Shown here piece by piece: positions 47,201 to 59,347 of a stretch of DNA of 64,000 bases. The translations under genes and the position numbers were made by a program. Below the pieces are notes generated by a model, which was not told where the DNA came from, ran no database searches, and saw only the letters and a program-made list of their open reading frames with translations. The stretch's first letter is position 1. Each line of letters opens with the position of its first letter. This DNA is from Lama guanicoe (taxonomy: Eukaryota), in assembly GCA_013239625.1 (NCBI GenBank), contig MU054413.1:5598861-5662860 (forward strand), read 5' to 3'.

Positions 47201-50200
47201 ATACCTCTGTTAGAACACACTGTTATAACATAGATGTGTATACATACACTACTGATAGATATCCCTTAGGCAATCTTAGAATTCTTCAAACTTGGGAGGG
47301 ACCTGGGAGATCTGCTCTCTTCTCTGTACAGAATCTGGTCTGAACAGTTGAGAGACCTTTCCAGTGTCCAGCGCTGAGGTCTGCATATGTGTTCTGAATT
47401 TCTTCGGTTTATGAAATCTGACACCTTCAAGTCTGGACGTTTTAAACTGTCCCGCTACATTCTTTTAAGTACCCAGGGGTCAAATGTACCATTGCTTAGA
47501 ATGTTAAAGGTTATTTGACATAAGACAGAGAAAGACCAGTGGTATCTTCTACAAAGCTCAGAACCTCCTTCTCTCCTCCCCCTTTTTAGTGTGCAATCAC
47601 TGGCCACTTTAGCTGTGGACACCCTCAGAAGGGCTGGCCACTGCAGTGGGGCCACTGAGGACCAAAAGCCCAGCCAGGGGAGGAGGGAAATCCCAGAGGG
47701 GAAGGCAGAGGGATGTGAGCAGTGGAAGGGACAGGGCAGGGAGAGGCGCCGCGGTGGCCAGTGCAGTTTTGCTTCCTGGAGCCAGGCCTCTTAGTTGGCG
47801 CTGGGGTCTGTTAGCCAGTATTTCGAGTGAGCCTTTGATTGGAGTTGGTCAGACTGGCTTGAAGTCCACCTGTGGGTTCATCACTTCCCATCCCTGAACC
47901 CCCCTCGTTGACTTGTAGGATTGGAGTGAGGTTCCAAGAAGAAAAGTCTGGTGAGTGCTTTGAAATTGTAGAGGAAGCAGGTGGCCCTGCCCTTAAGGTT
48001 GTCCATTTGCGGGGTTGGCGAGCTCCTCATTGCTGAAACTGTCAGACTAGTGTGAGACAGGCTTGCTCTGGGGTGGGCCGTGGGAGGAAGGTTGTAGTCT
48101 GGACCCACAGGGAGGGCTTCTCAGACGAGGTCAGGCTTGGGCAGGGTAGAGCAGAGGTATATAGCATGAGTCAGGGAGCAGGAAAGTCTGGGGCTGCCTT
48201 AGGCACTAGAGTTCCCTGCCCTAAGGGGAGTCCCCCAAAACAGACCATGAGAGGGTTACTTGAGCAGTGCATGTTTGAAGGAAAGAGTTACTTGGGATTT
48301 TGAGTTGTTCTTCCTACCCTTTCTCAAAACAAAAAACAAAAAACTTTATTCTTTGCTGACAATAAAGCATGCACATTCATGTAGAAAATTCAATTAATGA
48401 AGAAGAAAAAAGAAAAGCACACAGAAATCCCAAAGGCAACCCTATTAACATTGTGCTGTGGGGGAAATGGAACTTTTACTGTATCCAAGCATTGTGCCAG
48501 ATGTTCTCATTTCATCTTCACAAAAACTCTGGGAAGTGGATACCTTTGTTATCCTTGTTTTACGGGTGAGGTAAGTGAGGCACAGAGAGGTTAATGAAGG
48601 TGCCTTGAGTCACACAGAACTTGCATGAGCTGGGATTCCCAGCAGGCAGATGGGCTCTGGAGCTCACACCGGTAACCCCTCTGGGATACTGATCACCCCA
48701 GCAGATATCTGACAGTTTTTGTATGCACATGTCCTCTACACACACAGGCTAGGATTCAGCCTCTAAGTGGTGATAGAGACCCCCAACCACTGTGTGGTGG
48801 ACAAAGATAGACATGGTGGTGGTTCTGCACTGTCTTCTTCCCATAGCTCCTTGTATGAAAGCCTTTCTCCAGTGGCCTGTGGTTTAGAAACAGGTTTTGT
48901 CTGCTTGCTTTGGTTACCTGAGGGATAGAGAGATCAGTCTATCAATGGGAAGGATCCGAGACAGCCATGTTGGGAAGAGGAGACAATGGGGAATGGAGGA
49001 GGAGATGTCCCAGCTCAGGTCTGGTGGGCAGGTAGGGCCTAAAACTGCTTTCACACTCCCCCCAGCTGCTGGGAACAATGTTTCCTCCAGGGTGAATTGG
49101 AAAACCAGATAATGGTGTCTGCAGTGACATCTGGGTCATAGGGTATAGGCTATTTTTCACTTGTTCATCTGAGCTTCCTTGGACTTCTGTCCTTCTGCAT
49201 TGAGGCATGGGCTGGACTACAGCTGGTGCTTCCCTCTGGCACCCAAGGACTGGCTGCCCAGGGGGACATGGGATTCGTGAGTGTTACTGTCTAAGGGGCA
49301 CGCGCTCCTGGAGTCTTTTTCTGCCCCCCTGCCCTGGCCTGGGGTAGTTGTCAGAGCTCTAGAGAGCACCTGGGTTTTTCCCATCTGTACTGTGGGACTG
49401 ATGATGTTTGTTCTCACTGCTTACCAGGGTTAGGGGAGAACAAATGGGCTGGTAGGTGAGGGAAATGCAGGTTATTGGGGAGCTCAGTCCCACTCACGGA
49501 CTGTCTTCAGTGCACATGTATATGCTTTCTGTCTCTCCTTGCTCAGATACTGGCAAGTAGGTAAGGTGAGATTTCTTTATCCTCCAGTTGATAATGGAAG
49601 AAACCAAGGTTCAAAGAGGGCAGCTCACGTGGTCACATGGCTTGCACACCAGGGTCAGAGGCAGGGCTGAAAACAGATCTGGCCCCCAGGCCAGTATCCT
49701 AACCCTGCAGCACAGCATACGGGTCTTACTGTTCTGAGATTTGTGTTCCTTCACCCAGTTATGCAGTACCTCCTGCCTTCAGTCTGAGAAAAAAGTGAGA
49801 AACTGCTGACACAGGAAGTGAGGGCTCCAGATTCAGCTTTGTTTGCCCTGACTGAGTGGATTCAGGACGCCTCTGTGGGTCGTTTGTTTACTCAGCAGTT
49901 GTTTATTCAGTACCTGTGTTCGCCTGACTCTTTGGGAGATGCTGAAGCTGCAGAGGTGGAAGAGTAACATCCTGGTCTCAGGGAACTTGCAGTCCAGTGC
50001 GAGAGGCAGCTTTTAAACAGCGCTAATACAGCCGGCAGATACAGCGTCTAAGTGGAGCATGGTGGGGCTCTAGGAGCTCAGAGGTAGGTAGTTCTGAGTG
50101 CTGGAGCCTCGGTTTCCTCATCTTTCAAATGGGTACATGGGACTACTTTATCTTTCGGGTTCCTTTTACATTCTGTGTCTCTTCATAACAGTGTTATCTT

Positions 50201-51185
50201 GGGGTCTAAAACACACCTGTGTCCGCCAAAATCTTATGTTTAAAGTGGTCCCAAGTCAGATGGAGGAGTCTACTGTGTTCTATATCTTTTATCTTTTCAC
50301 AGAAGATTACTCATTCTTTGGGCCAAATATGTTTGTTTTGTATGGCCAGGGAGTGTTTTTCTCAGAAGTTGGCTTGGCTTATGGCTGTATGCCGGTGCCA
50401 GCAGGCTGCTTAAGGGTCACGGGGTAGGAAAGGATTGAGGGCACGTGTCAGATGTGCTACTGCGGATCTGAGCCAGTACGGAGTGTGAGTCCATTAGCTG
50501 GTGGGGTCCCAGGGAAGTGGCCGCCATCCCTGGTTCCTAAGGCCACGTCTGACCTGTGGGTGTGTCTTACCTCCTGAGCCTGGGCTTGTTGGCACCTGGA
50601 TTGTGAGAGCAGGGTGACATGGTTATGGTGGGCTCGAGTTGCTGAGGCAGGCTGCAGGAAGTGGCAGGGTGAGGCCCAGGTCTGAGGAGGGATGGGGTTT
50701 GGGGAAGGGTGGAGAGGGACTGTCCCTGTGAAGGGTCCCCTTTCTGGGCCTCGTGGTAGGGGGCTTGGTCAAGGTGGCAGAGCTGGGATGACTCCTGAAT
50801 CAGTGTTCCTGCCTCTGCAGTGAGCGAGCTTCTCAGCTAACCACTTGTCATTAGGATGCTGCATTTTGAGTGGGGTCCAAGAACCTGTTTCATAGAGTCC
50901 TTTGGGGTGATGTGTAGTGGAGGGGAATGGAAGGGAATGTGGGTGTAGGGCACGATCTGAGGTGAATTGCTGCTCTCTGCTCTGTTTGTGCGTGAGTACG
51001 TATGTGTGGGGAGGAGGAAGGAAGGATGAAAAGTGAGTTCTCACATAAGAATGAGCTGCCCCCCACTTATGGACTCTCACCTCCTTTCCTCCTCCTGTGA
51101 GTCCTTGCTATGTAACATGTCCTACTATGCACGGCTGTGGGGAACACAGAGATAAACAAAAGCCACCTCCTTGGAAGGTCCTCAG

Positions 51186-51333
51186 CAGGGCTAGATACTT
51201 AATTTGCAGCCCATTGCAAAGTGAAAATGCAGGACTCCTTGCTTGTCAGTCACTAAGAATTACAGCAGAGCATGAAGCCAAGTGTGGGGCCTGATGAGAC
51301 CACACAGGCCTTGCACCCATGATGTTGTCCCCA
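51186..51333 (-). mobile_element. hAT-Tip100 MITE (MER45A-like)
   Basis: cagggctagatacttaatttgc...tgcaaagtgaaaatgc...cagcagagcat...ccaagtgtggggcc...cacaggccttgcacccatga. Confidence 0.65.
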
Positions 51334-52189
51334 GCCCCCAGTCTCACAGGTGCAGCCAGGCCTGGGAGATACTGGTTAGAACCATAGGGAGGTACAAGCC
51401 GGATGATAGCAGAACAGGTACCCTCCAGACGAAGGGATCTGAGAATGCTCCTTGTAGAGGTCCCATTTAAAGCTGAGCCTGGAGGGACAGCTTGGACCTT
51501 GGTGGAGGTGGTGGTGATGATGGAGGCAGGAACACACACATGGGCATGGGAAGGGAGTGATGAGTATGTGGCCCCTTAGCCTGGCTGGAGGCCTGGATTG
51601 AGGGGAGCAGTGGGAGACTGCAGACCGGCTGGGCCCGGCTCCTGAAGACTTGAATATCAACGTCTCAAGGCAGCTTTATTCTCCAGCCAGGATTCCTGGG
51701 CGCTTGGAGGCGGTACAGAGCTGGACTCTGGGAAGCACTCCTTGGAGATGGCTCTCACTGGTATTCCAGTAGCTCAGAGTGACTGGTGTTGGGACACTTG
51801 ACATTTGTTATTTACTTAATCCTCCTGAGCCATCGTGGGTGTGGAAGTGAGGCACAGAGACATAATTAACCCAGTGGCGGGTGGCCTGACTGGGACCCTG
51901 GAGACCCGAGGCAAACTGGGAGGTGGAAGAAACAGTTGAGGCTGGGAGAGGTGTCCCTGGGATGGTGGCGGTAGAGAGAAGTGACTGGTGAGGGGATGTG
52001 GAGGTAGGTCAGGTGGATATGGGCACCTGAGTGGGTCTCATATTCAAGAGTTCACACCAGCTGAAGACATCCTCAGTCCTGGTGGGTGGCCGTCCTGCAG
52101 CTCAGTGTCAGCAGTGGTGGGAGCACCCCGCTTTGAGAAGCTGCTTGCTTTCTTATCGGTAAACCCTTGCCAGTTTTTACCTCCTGAGG

Positions 52190-52271
52190 TTTTGGCCCTA
52201 AACTGTCCCTTTTCCTCATCATTACCTTTTGGCCCTAAACTGTCCCTTTTTCTCGTCATTACCCTTTGGCC
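52190..52271 (+). repeat. Tandem duplication, 37-bp unit x ~2.2
   Basis: ttttggccctaaactgtcccttttcctcatcattacc | ttttggccctaaactgtccctttttctcgtcattacc | ctttggcc. Confidence 0.92.
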
Positions 52272-53820
52272 ATGTTAAGATAGTAGTCTGTTCCTCCAGA
52301 CCTGGTATTTTTTTCTTTTTGCAACTCTTGGTTCTTTCCTGCCTCCCATGTTTGTTGTGGTTTTATGCCATATATGGTGGTTCAGGTGTGGTTAGAACAG
52401 ACAGCCAAGACAGATGGAACTGACTTTCAGCATGTCTAGTGGATGCTATTGGGTTTTGGATTTCCTGCACTTTAAGATGTTCATTATCTTTGGCCCCTAC
52501 CCACTGGGGGTCAGTAATGTCTCTCCCCATTATGTGTACACTGAACCATGTTCCTACACGTGTTTAAACACCCCTTGGAGGCCAATCCTCCCATATCCTG
52601 AGCTCCACAACCTCATGTGAAAAGTTCTAAACTCCTTGTGACCACCTTTCTTCTCCTGCCCCCCAGGGTAAGAGGAAACGATGCTTTGAAATAGCCTGCA
52701 ACTGACCCTGTCTGACCCCTTCCTAGGTCTGGAAGCTGAATCCTAAACAGTCTCCTAGCCTGGCAGGTGACCTGCCAGAGCTTGGTAACTCAACACTGCC
52801 TTGCTAATTGTCTCCTGAGGTCACAGCAGCCCTTGTCACCACTCATCCACCAGGACCACAGTCCCCAACTGGGCCAACTGGTTGAGCCGCTGCGCTGGGC
52901 ACTCATGGGAAACAAGTGGCCTTTGTAGGGAGCCAGTGGACAGAGTGGCCGTCAGCATGGGTGAGTGGCTGCACACGGAGGCCTTTCGGCCTGGGTGGAG
53001 CCCAAGCAGCCAGCTCTGAGCTGGGAGGCCTGCAAGGGATCCCATTTTTCTTGATGGTGGGGTGCGGGGTGCACATGAGTTGCAGGGGACTTCTTCTCTC
53101 TCCTTTTGATTGCTACCAAAGATTATATTTTCTAGTGTTTTTATAGTGCCTGTATCAAGAGACTTCACTGATTATTATTCTTGGCCTAGGCCTGGGAGGT
53201 TACCTATGGATTGTGACCCTTCTTCATGGCTAGGTTTTTACTGTGTCTCCTTGAGATGCAAAAACAGAGGGGAATTGAAACTTTGGGAAATTGGAATGTT
53301 TCAATTTTGGCAATTCTTTCTCAGTTATCTCTCTCCATCACTCCCTGCCAAACACAAACCCCAGGCACACCACACATTACAAAAGACCACACACCTCAAA
53401 GGAACTTGATCAATATTAGGTGACTTGGTTTAATAAGGTTTAGTGCATGAAACTTGAGAGAAAGATGTATTTAGTAAACGGGGCTGAAATGGTCCTTACT
53501 GATGTCCTTGCCTCAGAATTCCATTTGCTTGAAGCATACTGATGGTGTAGAGGTGGATTTGGGCACATGCCTTTCTGTCTTTTGAGACTATTTTAAGAAG
53601 ATCCAGTGAATGATCTTAGAGTGAAAAAGCGGCTAGCCCTTTAAAGTGGTTCCAGAAGAATTGATACCATTAACTAAAACTGTGTCCAACAGTTTTGCCC
53701 ATGAATATTAATAATACTTTTAACCCCCTCATCTAATCATACTCATATGGGAATTCTGCTTTCCTCTGTCCTGTAGTTACAGCCTGCCCACCCCTGCCTG
53801 ATAAACAGTTTTTTTCTGGC

Positions 53821-54903
53821 ATATTCTTTGGTGTCATTTCCCTCTGCAGGGAAGGTCATCTGGAGAGAAGCTGTGCTAACAGACTGGGATATCCATGCAG
53901 GGGCTGCAGAAGCAGGGAGCCCTTCCCACGTGGACCTGGCCTGTCATTTCTCGTTGATTGACAGCGAGGAGCAGGGCAAATAGGCTCCTGCTGCATTTTG
54001 CCTCCTAGTAATTCAGTCGGCTCTTCCTGCACTTTGTGTTTGCTCTGTTCTCTGGCGCTGCCGACAGCCCTCCCCACCCGCCTGTTTCATCTTTGATGTT
54101 GTTGCCATGGACAAAAAGCTCGGAAAATGAAAGAACAAGTTGTAGACTCAGAATGTTTGCCCCCAAGGAAAGCGCGTGTTTGCACAAAATCCTGTCTGAC
54201 AGTTTCCATTTAAGCTAAGAAGTTGAGGGCCCAGCAGGCCCTAGGAAATATGAAAATTGGCACTTTGCTGGGCTGCATGCTGATGGTTGCTCTGTATCTG
54301 AGCTCCATCTGTCACTGGAGATTTCGCATTTTTCGGATGAAAATCTCTAGCTGGCCATGGGCAACCTCGCTGCTGCTGTGAGCGTGCGTGCCTCATGTTG
54401 CTCTGGAGCCTGCTTGTCTGCCCCTCAAGGTCTCCTCTTTATTTTTCCGAAATGTGATGAAATGGAACATGCTTTTAAAAATAGATATTTTCTGGAGATG
54501 GCCTGGCTGGGATTTTTGGCCGAAGCAGTCTTATTTCTGCCCCGTGAGTCCCTTATCTCATCTTGGCTGATGGGACACTGGCAAGGGATGCTTGTTATTT
54601 TTTTCCCTTTTTATTCTTAATAGTGTTTCCAGAGATACTCCTTTTGAGCATTTATTTGCACACAGACTGAGGATTCTATAGAATTCCTTAACTGTGTTAA
54701 CTTTTTTTAAGGATAATTGTTTTTCTAATTATCAAAGCAATGTTCACCTAAAAAAAAAAAAGAAAGAAAATATTCCAGATATATTCTTTGGTATGATTTC
54801 CCTCTCCAGGACCCCTTGTAGGTCATCTGGAGGGAAGCTGTGCTAACACAGACTGGGACCTCCATGCAGGGGCTGTGGAAGCAGGGAGCTCTCTTCCCAC
54901 GTG
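53821..54903 (+). repeat. Dispersed direct repeat pair: 53821-53932 and 54781-54903
   Basis: atattctttggt...atttccctct.cagg...aggtcatctggag.gaagctgtgctaac..agactggga..tccatgcaggggctg...aagcagggagc...ttcccacgtg occurs twice, starts 960 bp apart. Confidence 0.9.
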
Positions 54904-55596
54904 TATCCGGCCCTGAGTCGGTTAGAAAGCCAAGTTCCCTTCAGTATCTGCTGGGGAGGAAGGCACAGTGGTCTCAGTAGGTGGTCATCTGGTGGGCAGG
55001 GCCAGTCTTGGATCATACTGTGGCTGCTGAGTGGGTGAGAGACAGGCAGAGGGAGCAGGATTTGGCTTAGAGGCAGCTCAGCGGTAGTTAAAGGTGCAGG
55101 GCTCAGAGATTGAGTGCGTCTCGTTCCAAGTCTAGCTGAATAATCAATCTAGGGCTGGTTCCTTAACCTCTCTGAGCTTTAGGGTCCTTGTCTGTAAACC
55201 GGGGCTGATAGGAGTAGCTCTTCCCTGCAGTGCTGAGTTTTGAATGAGATAGCTTACTCGTCTGACGGTTTTCCGTGGGTCTCCCTGTGGATGATGTCTC
55301 TACTGGAAAGGGCTGCGCAGAGCCTGGTGCTGTAGCAGCCGGACTTGTGTGGTAGGGCTGCCGTAATTAAGTACCACAGACGAGGTGCTCANNNNNNNNN
55401 NNNNNNNNNNNNNNNNNNNNNNNNNNNNNNNNNNNNNNNNNNNNNNNNNNNNNNNNNNNNNNNNNNNNNNNNNNNNNNNNNNNNNNNNNNNNNNNNNNNN
55501 NNNNNNNNNNNNNNNNNNNNNNNNNNNNNNNNNNNNNNNNNNNNNNNNNNNNNNNNNNNNNNNNNNNNNNNNNNNNNNNNNNNNNNNNNNNNNNNN

Positions 55597-56345
55597 AATC
55601 AGGTTATTTGGGTTTTTTTTGTTGTTGTTGAGTTTCAGGAGTTTTCTATGCTGGTGTTAATTTCTTGTAAGATTCATGATATGCAAATATTTTCTCCTGT
55701 TCTGTGGGTTGCCATTTTACTTTGTTGATGGTATCTTTCCATTCACCAATTTTTAAAATTTTTATAAAGTCCAGTATGTCTGTCTTTTGTTGCAGTGCCT
55801 TTGGTGTCATATCCCAGAGGTCACTGCCAAATCTGATGTCTTGAGGCTTTGTCCTGTGTTTTCTTATAAGGCTTTTATAGTTTTAGCACTTATTAGGGCT
55901 TTGATTCCTTTTGAGTTAATTTTTGTATATGGTGTTAGACAAATTCATCCTTTTGCATGTGGATATCCAGTTTTCTCAGCATCACTTCTCGAAAAGACTG
56001 ACCTTTCCTCATTGAGTGGTCTTGGCACCTGTCAAATTATTTGACCATTTTATGCAAAGGTTTGTTTCTGGGCACTCTGTTCTGTTTTGTTGATATATAT
56101 GCCTGCATTTAAGCCAGTCATACACTGTTTTGATTACTGCAGCTCTGTGGCTAATTAGGAAGGGTGAGTCCTCCAGCTTTATTCTTCTTTTCCAAGATTG
56201 TTTTGGCTATTTGGGGTTCCTTGACATTCCATATCAACTACTTTAGGGTAGGTTTTCTTATTTCTGTATAAAAAGAAAACTATTATGATTTTGATAGGAT
56301 TACATCAAGTCTGTAAGATCACTTTGGTAATATTGGCATCTTAAC
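55597..56345 (-). mobile_element. L1 ORF2 fragment (preceded by an MLT1 end at ~55346-55391 and an N block)
   Basis: gcaaatattttctcc...ttgagttaatttttgtatatggtg...ttgcatgtggatatccagttttc...caagattgttttggctatttggggt. Confidence 0.85.
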
Positions 56346-58189
56346 AAAGCCCTTGCTTTTTTATTCATTTCCTTGTGTTCGTTGTTACTGTTTTGTGCCT
56401 TGAATAAAAGTAGGAAAGACAGAGAAGAGGCTAGCAGTTAAGAGAAGAGGAATGTGGGAAAGGTGAGCAGTGGGATACTTGGGTCGCCTGAGCAGGTTAA
56501 GACGTAACACTTGTGAACAGTTCCTTCATGGTTTCCAAGAAAGCTCTTTCGGCATCTGTTATTTTATTTGCTTGGTCCAACAGTCTGAGAAATGCAAAAA
56601 CTTTTTTATAGCCCCAGTATACAGATGAGGAAACTGAGGTGCAGAAAAATGATTTGCCCTGGTTACATGACCAAATGGAGAGCCCAGGTCCATCGAGCTC
56701 CTGATCTTGTGCACTTTCCACCATGCAGTCACTGTGTGCCTCCCACCCCTGTGGCGGGGGTCTTGGTAGGTCCAAATTTAGCAGGAGCATTGGAGTTGGG
56801 GTAGGTTAAGTGCTCCTCTGTGACCTCAGAGGCCTGGGGACCCAGGCCGAGTTGCCTTGGTGGTCAGTAATAGTCCAGGCACCGCACAAAGCATGTAAGG
56901 GAGGAGGTGCTCATGCTGTTGAAGGAAGAGGGCAGAAACAGCAGCTTGTTGCTGGTGAAGACAAGACCTTTCCTTTGCAGTTGCTTTCTTTGGCCTTGGT
57001 GAACTGAGTGTCCCCGACCTGTCCAGCCTGAGGTGTCATGTCCTGGTCTACTTTCTGTCTGACACTATGAGACTTGGGCTGTTCCCAGAGCTGTTATCTC
57101 CTCTGACTGACTCCTCAGCCTGCACTGATCTAAGATTAATGGAAAATGGCCATTTTGGGGATGCCGTGGCATTAAGGGGATGGCGGGAGTGACACGTCTT
57201 CTGCAGTTCTGCATTCAATCTGAGCATCAGAATCACGAACAGGTTCCCAGAACCCTGTTGGTTCACTCTGTTAACTGCTGCCTTCTGCGCCAGGCTGGAA
57301 ATGTTTGTCTGGCTATTCTGGAGATTGTGCTGGTCTCCCCTGGGTGGACCAGGATTAGCTGATGGCTGGAGCTGTGACAGGACTGGAGGGGTTGAGGTTA
57401 GCAGCTGAGGTGCCACAGAGATGATAGGAACCCGTTTTCCTCATACTTCCCTCTCTTCCTTCGCACTGTTGGGAGAGGTAACCTTGGCTGTGGTGCTGAC
57501 TGCTGGCCCATAAGCCACTTCCTGGCACCGCTCCTTGTCGGAGTTACTGACCCATCAGTTGTGACTCCCAGGTGCCTCTCCTCACTTGAGCATTGAGCAG
57601 AGGGATGGCTGCCCACAGCCTCTGCTGTCCACTGGGACAGGGAACTGGTGAGTTTCAGCTTTTCTCATCTTTCTGGAAAGCTTGAAGTGCTTAGGATTAG
57701 TGAATAAGGGTCGTGTTTAAATTTGGACCCATCAGTTCTTAGCTCTGTGGCTTTGGCAAGTTACCTGGCCTCTCTGAGCCTGTATTTTTACAGTCTAGAA
57801 AATGAGTAGTTAATAGTCAGTTTCTCATGGGGTCGTTAGGATTAAATGAAATAATACATATAAATAGTTTACTTTCCTGCAATTAATACTTAATAAATGT
57901 TAGCTGCTGTCACAGTGTGTAATTCAAGAAAAACTCGAGACAAAACATGTAAGGTGCCTAGTGTATGTTGATGGCTCTCTCCAACATTGTCTGACTTATT
58001 TCCATCAGTTTCTTTGATACCCAGGGGAGTTCAGGGGGTAGGTGGAGTGTGGGAACAGTTTGATCAGGAGTCAGGGGGACTTTGTGCCCCTCTTACCTTC
58101 ACCTGGGCCGATCAGGCCGTCCCTCTAAGCCCCTGACCACATGCCTTTGTGTTCAGTTCCTTTACTTGGCTGCTTGGCTCTCCTCCTAC

Positions 58190-59347
58190 CTCACTGCCTG
58201 CTCCTCTTCTGTCTTCTTTCCTGATTCCTGTTTTCATCCTTCAGCCCTGAATGCTCAGGGTTTCCTTCTGGACCTTTCAACTGCCCTCCCTGTCCACACT
58301 CCCTCCTTGGATTATCCCATCAAATCTCGTTGCTTTAAATATACTAAGCATATGCTGACAATTTCCAAATTATATCTGTAGCCCCAACCTCACCCTTGAA
58401 CTTCAGACCATATATTCACATGCCTGCCTGACATCTCCACTTGGATGTCTGTAGGTACCTCAAACACAACTCAGTCACATGTGAGCTTGTGGTTCCACAC
58501 CTCCCTCCCCCAAGTCGTTCTTCCTGCAGGCTTCCCCATTTCTCGAACAACCTGCACCATCCTTGTGGATTCCAGCCTTAGAACCTTGAAGTGATCCTTA
58601 ACTTTTCTTTCTTTCCTGTTCCACATTTAGTCTGTCAGCAGGTCCTTTCAGCTCTATCTCCAAAATATCCCCTCAATCCAGTCACTGTTTACCAGCTCCA
58701 CTCTCGTCACCCTGGTCCAAGCCACCAGCATAGCTCCCTTGGATTATTGCATTTGTGGACTGACTGATTTCCTTGCCTGTGGACAGTATTCAACATAGCA
58801 GCCAGTGATACTGTTAAATGTAAGTCAGACCATGTCTCTCTTTCACTCAGAACCTTCCAGAGGTTTCCCATCTCACTCAGTACAATACAACTCAGCATCC
58901 TCTCTTTGGCCCACAGGTCCTGCCTGATCCGGCCCTGTTGCCCCTCTGATCTCATCTGTGCTTTCCTGCAGGTTACTCCACCATGCCACGGCCATCCTTG
59001 CATGCTCTGAGCCTGGGGCCTTTGCATTTGCTGTTTCTCCACCTGGAACAGTCTTCCTCCAGGAAGAGTAAGTGCTCTTCCTTCAGGGCTCTGTTCAGAT
59101 GTGGCCTTCTCAGAGAGACCTCCCTGACCCTTGTACCACAGTTGCCACCTCTCCACTCTACCCCACTCACCCTCCATTTTACTCTGCTGTATTTTTCTTC
59201 ATAGCAGTTACTAGTTGATGCAGTTTGCATTTGTTTATTGGTTTATTTCTCTCCCACCTCCACTCCTATGAGCTCCATGAGGGCAGGGACTCTGCCTTGT
59301 TCTCTGCTGCATCCCCAGTTTGTTCACTAAGCATTTGGTGAATGAAA
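58190..59347 (+). mobile_element. L2 LINE 3' portion
   Basis: Pyrimidine-rich L2 body with an RT YADD-like remnant (tatgctgacaat), acatctccacttggatgtct, ggcctttgcatttgctgtt, and tail gcatttggtgaatgaa. Confidence 0.85.

Noticed and set aside
52190-52271. 37-bp repeats as a possible CRISPR-like array
   Set aside because: Adjacent tandem units with no spacers, in eukaryotic intronic DNA with no cas genes.
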